Assembly: GCA_048128005.1 (NCBI GenBank)
Contig: JBEUKZ010000129.1
Coordinates: forward strand, 1-64,000
Direction of reading: 5' to 3'
Length of the DNA: 64,000 nt
Source of the DNA: Veleropilina oligotropha
Lineage: Eukaryota
Each line of letters begins with the position of its first letter. The stretch's first letter is position 1. The position numbers and the translations under genes were made by a program. The notes beneath the pieces are model-generated. The model ran no database searches and had not been told where the DNA came from. It was given only the letters and a program-made list of their open reading frames with translations. Positions 59,901 through 64,000 of this stretch are shown piece by piece.

Positions 59901-61330
59901 AAATAAAGTTGATTTTTATGGATGTTCTTTGTACACTCAATACACGGATACTTCAACAGCTGAAGTTGCATTTACAGTGTAGTTGGATTATATACGTTAC
60001 GGGGATATTGGAACCATTAAAATATAATAATAAAGTAATGATAAATAGGCCTATATAGTTATACAGTAAATAGGCTAATGAGTGTTCATATATGCGATGA
60101 ATTAATTCTGTTGCTTTTTAAACTGAGCATTGATATCATCAAAGATATCAAACTTGGCTTGCTGTCCATTTATGTTCTTTGCGCAGATATGCCCGTTGAT
60201 ATACCACGCATTTTCAACACTGTCGTGGTTGCGTAGTCTTTGGAGTAAGCCGACATTCAGTTTGGTCAGGTCATCGAAAATAAGGATATTCTTGTTTTCT
60301 CGGAACAACTTTTTTTGTCGCATTAGCTTTATTTTCACAGCTGGATTTGAAAATTTAACGATAATCGGTTTTGGTGCCGATGTGTTCCTGGATGGTAGTC
60401 TGTGGAAAACAATGATGTCTTGGGTTGTCAGTTCTAAACCTGCTATGTCCTTTACAGTCAGTGGTCGTGTTTTCGTTTCCACATTCCTTGATTCCCAATA
60501 CACGCACGCTGTATTTTCGCGTGTACTGCTCATTGCGGCTCGCTTGTTTCATATATAGCCTCTTGCGACATTTCGTTATTTTGCTTCTCCGTATTTTTAT
60601 GTCTTGACCTTTTTGTAAAAAAGGACAAGACATTATCAAATGGTCCGTGTGTATATACATATATACATATTATATACTTATATACTTATCAATATCAATA
60701 TATATATATATCCGCTGATTTTCTCGAAAACTACCGGCTCAATTTTCACAAAAATTGGTACACATATTCCCACGAGTATTTGTAGGTCGTGTCTATAACT
60801 TGCGCGACACAATATTGCAAAAATATGCATTTATTATGCACTTTTATGCATGTTTGAATATAACATATGTCTAATATTGCAAGCAAATAGCAATGACGTC
60901 ATTACGACGTCGCTTTAGATTAATCGTCATTTGGTGACGTCACAATCGACGGGGTAGTAAATTAAGCCATGAAGTACTTGCACTTAGCCATTGTAACGTT
61001 ATAACTGTTATGAAAATTTGACGGAAATAAAGAAAGGTTAAGACACATTCCGAACGCGTCGTTCTTGTTTAGTCTTTCTATGCATTCGGATTGTTTTTTC
61101 ACTTGAGCTGATAGTCTCTCATTTTCGTCGGAGAGCATGCTTAGAGAAGCGCTCATTTCGTCCAATTGCCGAGATACTTCGATTAAGATTTCTGATTTGA
61201 TGTCATTTTTAATTTTATCAACGGCATTTGTTATGGAAATATTGATGAGGTTTTCAATTTATGGTGTAAAAACACGATATAAGCTGATTTAGTATATAAC
61301 ATGATCAATGGGTAGATCACAGGACTTTGG
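56912..61330 (-). mobile_element. Near full-length degenerate CR1/L2-type LINE (ORF1 + PHD-APE-RT ORF2)
   Basis: ORF1 EQYTRKYSVRVLGI, PKPIIVKF, IFDDLT; PHD YPCIEC...CSVC...H..C...WYCSNC; APE HLNCRS, IAVTETWL; RT NYRPISVL, IDLSKAFDT, GVPQGSILGP, FADDT; aataaa tail. Confidence 0.92.
60594..61070 (+). mobile_element. HINE/DINE-1-like element, copy 2, inserted in LINE ORF1
   Basis: Homologous to 37605-38139; LINE ORF1-like sequence lies on both sides. Confidence 0.85.
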
Positions 61331-61479
61331 TTGCAGAGTCTCTTGTTTGCCTTCTGGGCCCAAGATTAATATAAAGACTCCATGGAACTCAGCTCAGACT
61401 CTGCCAATGATCAATAGTGTTGATTTGAGTACGAAACATTCACCAGAGCACGAGATCGTACTCAGCAGACCTTTATAAT

Positions 61480-61722
61480 CTTGGGCCCTGGTCTCAGCGA
61501 TGTCACTTGAGCAAGGAAATAAACATATATTTGGCTCGATCCACTCATAAAATCTGAATGGATATCTGGTTTGACAGTTATGTAAGTCACAGCGCTCCCC
61601 ACGTGTAATGATGTTAATGCGATGTGAAATAGGCCCATAACTTAGGTAATGTCAAGCGCATTGTGACGGTTGAGTATAAATACGCTATATAAGAATGAGA
61701 TTTTATTATTATTATTATTATT
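61480..61722 (+). mobile_element. SINE family B copy
   Basis: Shared gacagttatgtaagtcac and (TTA)n tail with 56105-56390. Confidence 0.65.
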
Positions 61723-62639
61723 AACCATGTTTCGATCATTTTGCCAACTCTGATTGCTTCTGAAACAAAACAGTTTCAGATTTAGTTGTCCGAAGGAGAA
61801 TGCCATCCCGTGTGATATGTCCCACACAGTGTCGTTACGTTCAACATATGCAGTCAGCTATCTGTTCGAAAAGGAACTTTGCTACATCAGGTTAGTTTAT
61901 TTTAAACAATATTTTATTAATAATACATGCTAACATTTACATTACAATATATACAATAGAAGGATCTAGCAACAAGAGTGATGTCTTATGTAAAGCTATC
62001 TCCTACATCAGGTTGGCGTACCATTTGAATCACAGCCGGTATGTCTATGATCATCATTGTTATATCACACGACCAGCAACATACGCTCTTGCTGAGACGC
62101 CTTGACACTTATGAGCCCCTGATCTCAGCGTCTCACGGCCAAAAACAGAGGATGTCTCACGCTGATCTCAAATCTTATGATCAGTTTTCAGAAATGTGTT
62201 GCCACTCTCTCTAAGCACATCCACGAATGTCATAACGTTAGTGATGAATCAAGTTTGGAGACCGGGCGAATCCGCGTGATGAGCGTCCGATAAGTCGCAC
62301 ATGTTCAGTATACTCTCAAGCTGACCAATAAGACCCACATGATCAGGACCTGTCTGCATTATCATGTCTTACAAGCCACCACCATCTGCATATTGTATTT
62401 TATTGCCTTGTTCGTGGGACTGGTTTTGGCAATTAGCGAGAACTTGTGCCATGAGCGATGGAATTCCCTTCTTAAACTCCTCGTACACATTAGCGTGTTT
62501 GTCAGACATTTCGGCCAAATCATTTACTGGGGCTTGCACCCACCCTGCATAAATGGTATATGATCAACTGCAAAGAACCAGCGACTGGAACATCGAACTC
62601 CCATTTCCACAAGGAATGTCCAGGAATGCATGTCCAGAC

Positions 62640-63141
62640 ACGGTGTGAAACTCGATCCCCTCTTGCATTTGACACTGTTTTTTTTCACGAAAATGTATAA
62701 ATAAATTTTTAGTTTTTTCACAATCAATTTTTTTATTTTCTAGAGGGGAGGGGGCGGACCGCCTCGACCCCCAGAACATTTTGATAATTAACGATGTGAA
62801 ACCCCCTCTCCTGCATTCTGCCAGTGCAAACGCGATATTTCTTACAAATATTTATGAACCGTTTTCATTAAAATCTATGAGTAAATATTTCGGGGGTTTT
62901 CGCAAAGAAACATGCATTTCTCATTTTCAAAAGGAGGGGCCGAAAATTTTGACAATTAACGGTGTGAAACCCCCTCACATATGCATTTTGACAGTACACA
63001 CATTATATTTCTTAGCAGCATCTATGAACCGTTTTTACTAACATGTGTAAGTATTTCTTTCTTTCTTTTGTCTCATTCAAACATATGCATTTTTTATTTT
63101 CAACAGGGGGCAGGGAGTCTGGACCCCTGGATCCGCTAGTG
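62640..63141. mobile_element. hAT-like MITE remnant
   Basis: Repeated gtgtgaaaccccct units; end cccctggatccgctagtg resembles the TIR of the 2243 MITE. Confidence 0.45.
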
Positions 63142-64000
63142 ATATATCACCAATGAACTTAATTAAATCATTTTGTTATATACCGATCATCGAGCAACCA
63201 ATATTGAAGGGAAACATTGAAAATGTGAGCAGTTACATCTCCAATCTTTCGATTGGTCGTATGTTTATCATTTTGTCCAATCCGGTTATTATTGTAATAA
63301 AATATTGTTTAAACTAATACCTATTAAAGATAAACGGATCACATTTTAAGTAGGCCTAGTTGGGGTTCCCTACTTCAAAGACCCCTCACAGTCACACCCA
63401 CCGATGCTCAGGTTCTATGGTGGGCCCACGGTATAAATATACGTTGTTATATTATGTCGTTGGTGAGTTCAAATGAAGTGAACGTTTGCTAACGTAACCT
63501 AAACTGTCGTAAACTAAGCGGGAGAAATCAGTTTGTTGTTTGCGAAAACTGTCACATGTCGTGAATTAAGCATTCGTAGTATTTAATATATTTTATAATA
63601 TGGAACAACGTAGATTGCAATGCATTTAGTATTAAGACATTATTTCAAATAAAGTAGAAAAACTACGCCATGTATTTTTTATTATTGAACCGAAGTATCC
63701 CTTGCTTACAAAAAATGTTTTGGCGGACGAAATGTTGTGATCGCATATAATTGTTTTGTCTGCTAGTTTCCAATATTTGCCGTTATCATAATGAATTTAG
63801 AATTACTAGGTTTGTATATTAGACAGTGGTGGGCATGTTTCATATCATAATCGCGATAATTCTTCCAATTTTAGAGCAATATGGCATGCTAAATAGATTA
63901 AGGGGAGATAATCTAAAATGTTGAGGAAATATATCACAATTAGCAATAGGCCCGCTTTGTTTCAACGCGCGATTTTATCGATATTGCATATTCATGAAGG

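Overview
AT-rich, repeat-dense animal genomic DNA, most likely from an invertebrate. The first 2.1 kb holds three coding exons of a minus-strand SLC7/LAT-family amino-acid transporter. The main feature is a GC-rich 15.2-kb endogenous dsDNA virus of the Polinton/Maverick (adintovirus-like) type at 14573-29791, bounded by ~200-bp terminal inverted repeats (AG...CT termini) and a target-site duplication. It carries a retroviral-type integrase, a packaging ATPase, and major and minor capsid genes. Its other genes look atypical: (i) a family-B polymerase with no visible proofreading domain that reconstructs as one OTU-like/PolB/SF1-helicase/HNH polyprotein; (ii) no recognisable adenain protease; (iii) many membrane proteins, one starting with tandem ESCRT late-domain motifs (PSAP-T-LYPQL); (iv) a secreted cystine-knot protein resembling IL-17/PTTH. 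The copy is mildly decayed (frameshifts, two TGA stops). The rest of the window is nested transposon debris: CR1/L2 and RTE LINEs, hAT and Academ-like remnants, SINEs, Helentron-type HINEs, MITEs, and long hairpin elements with patterned tandem G.A mismatches. All family assignments come from motif reading, not database searches.
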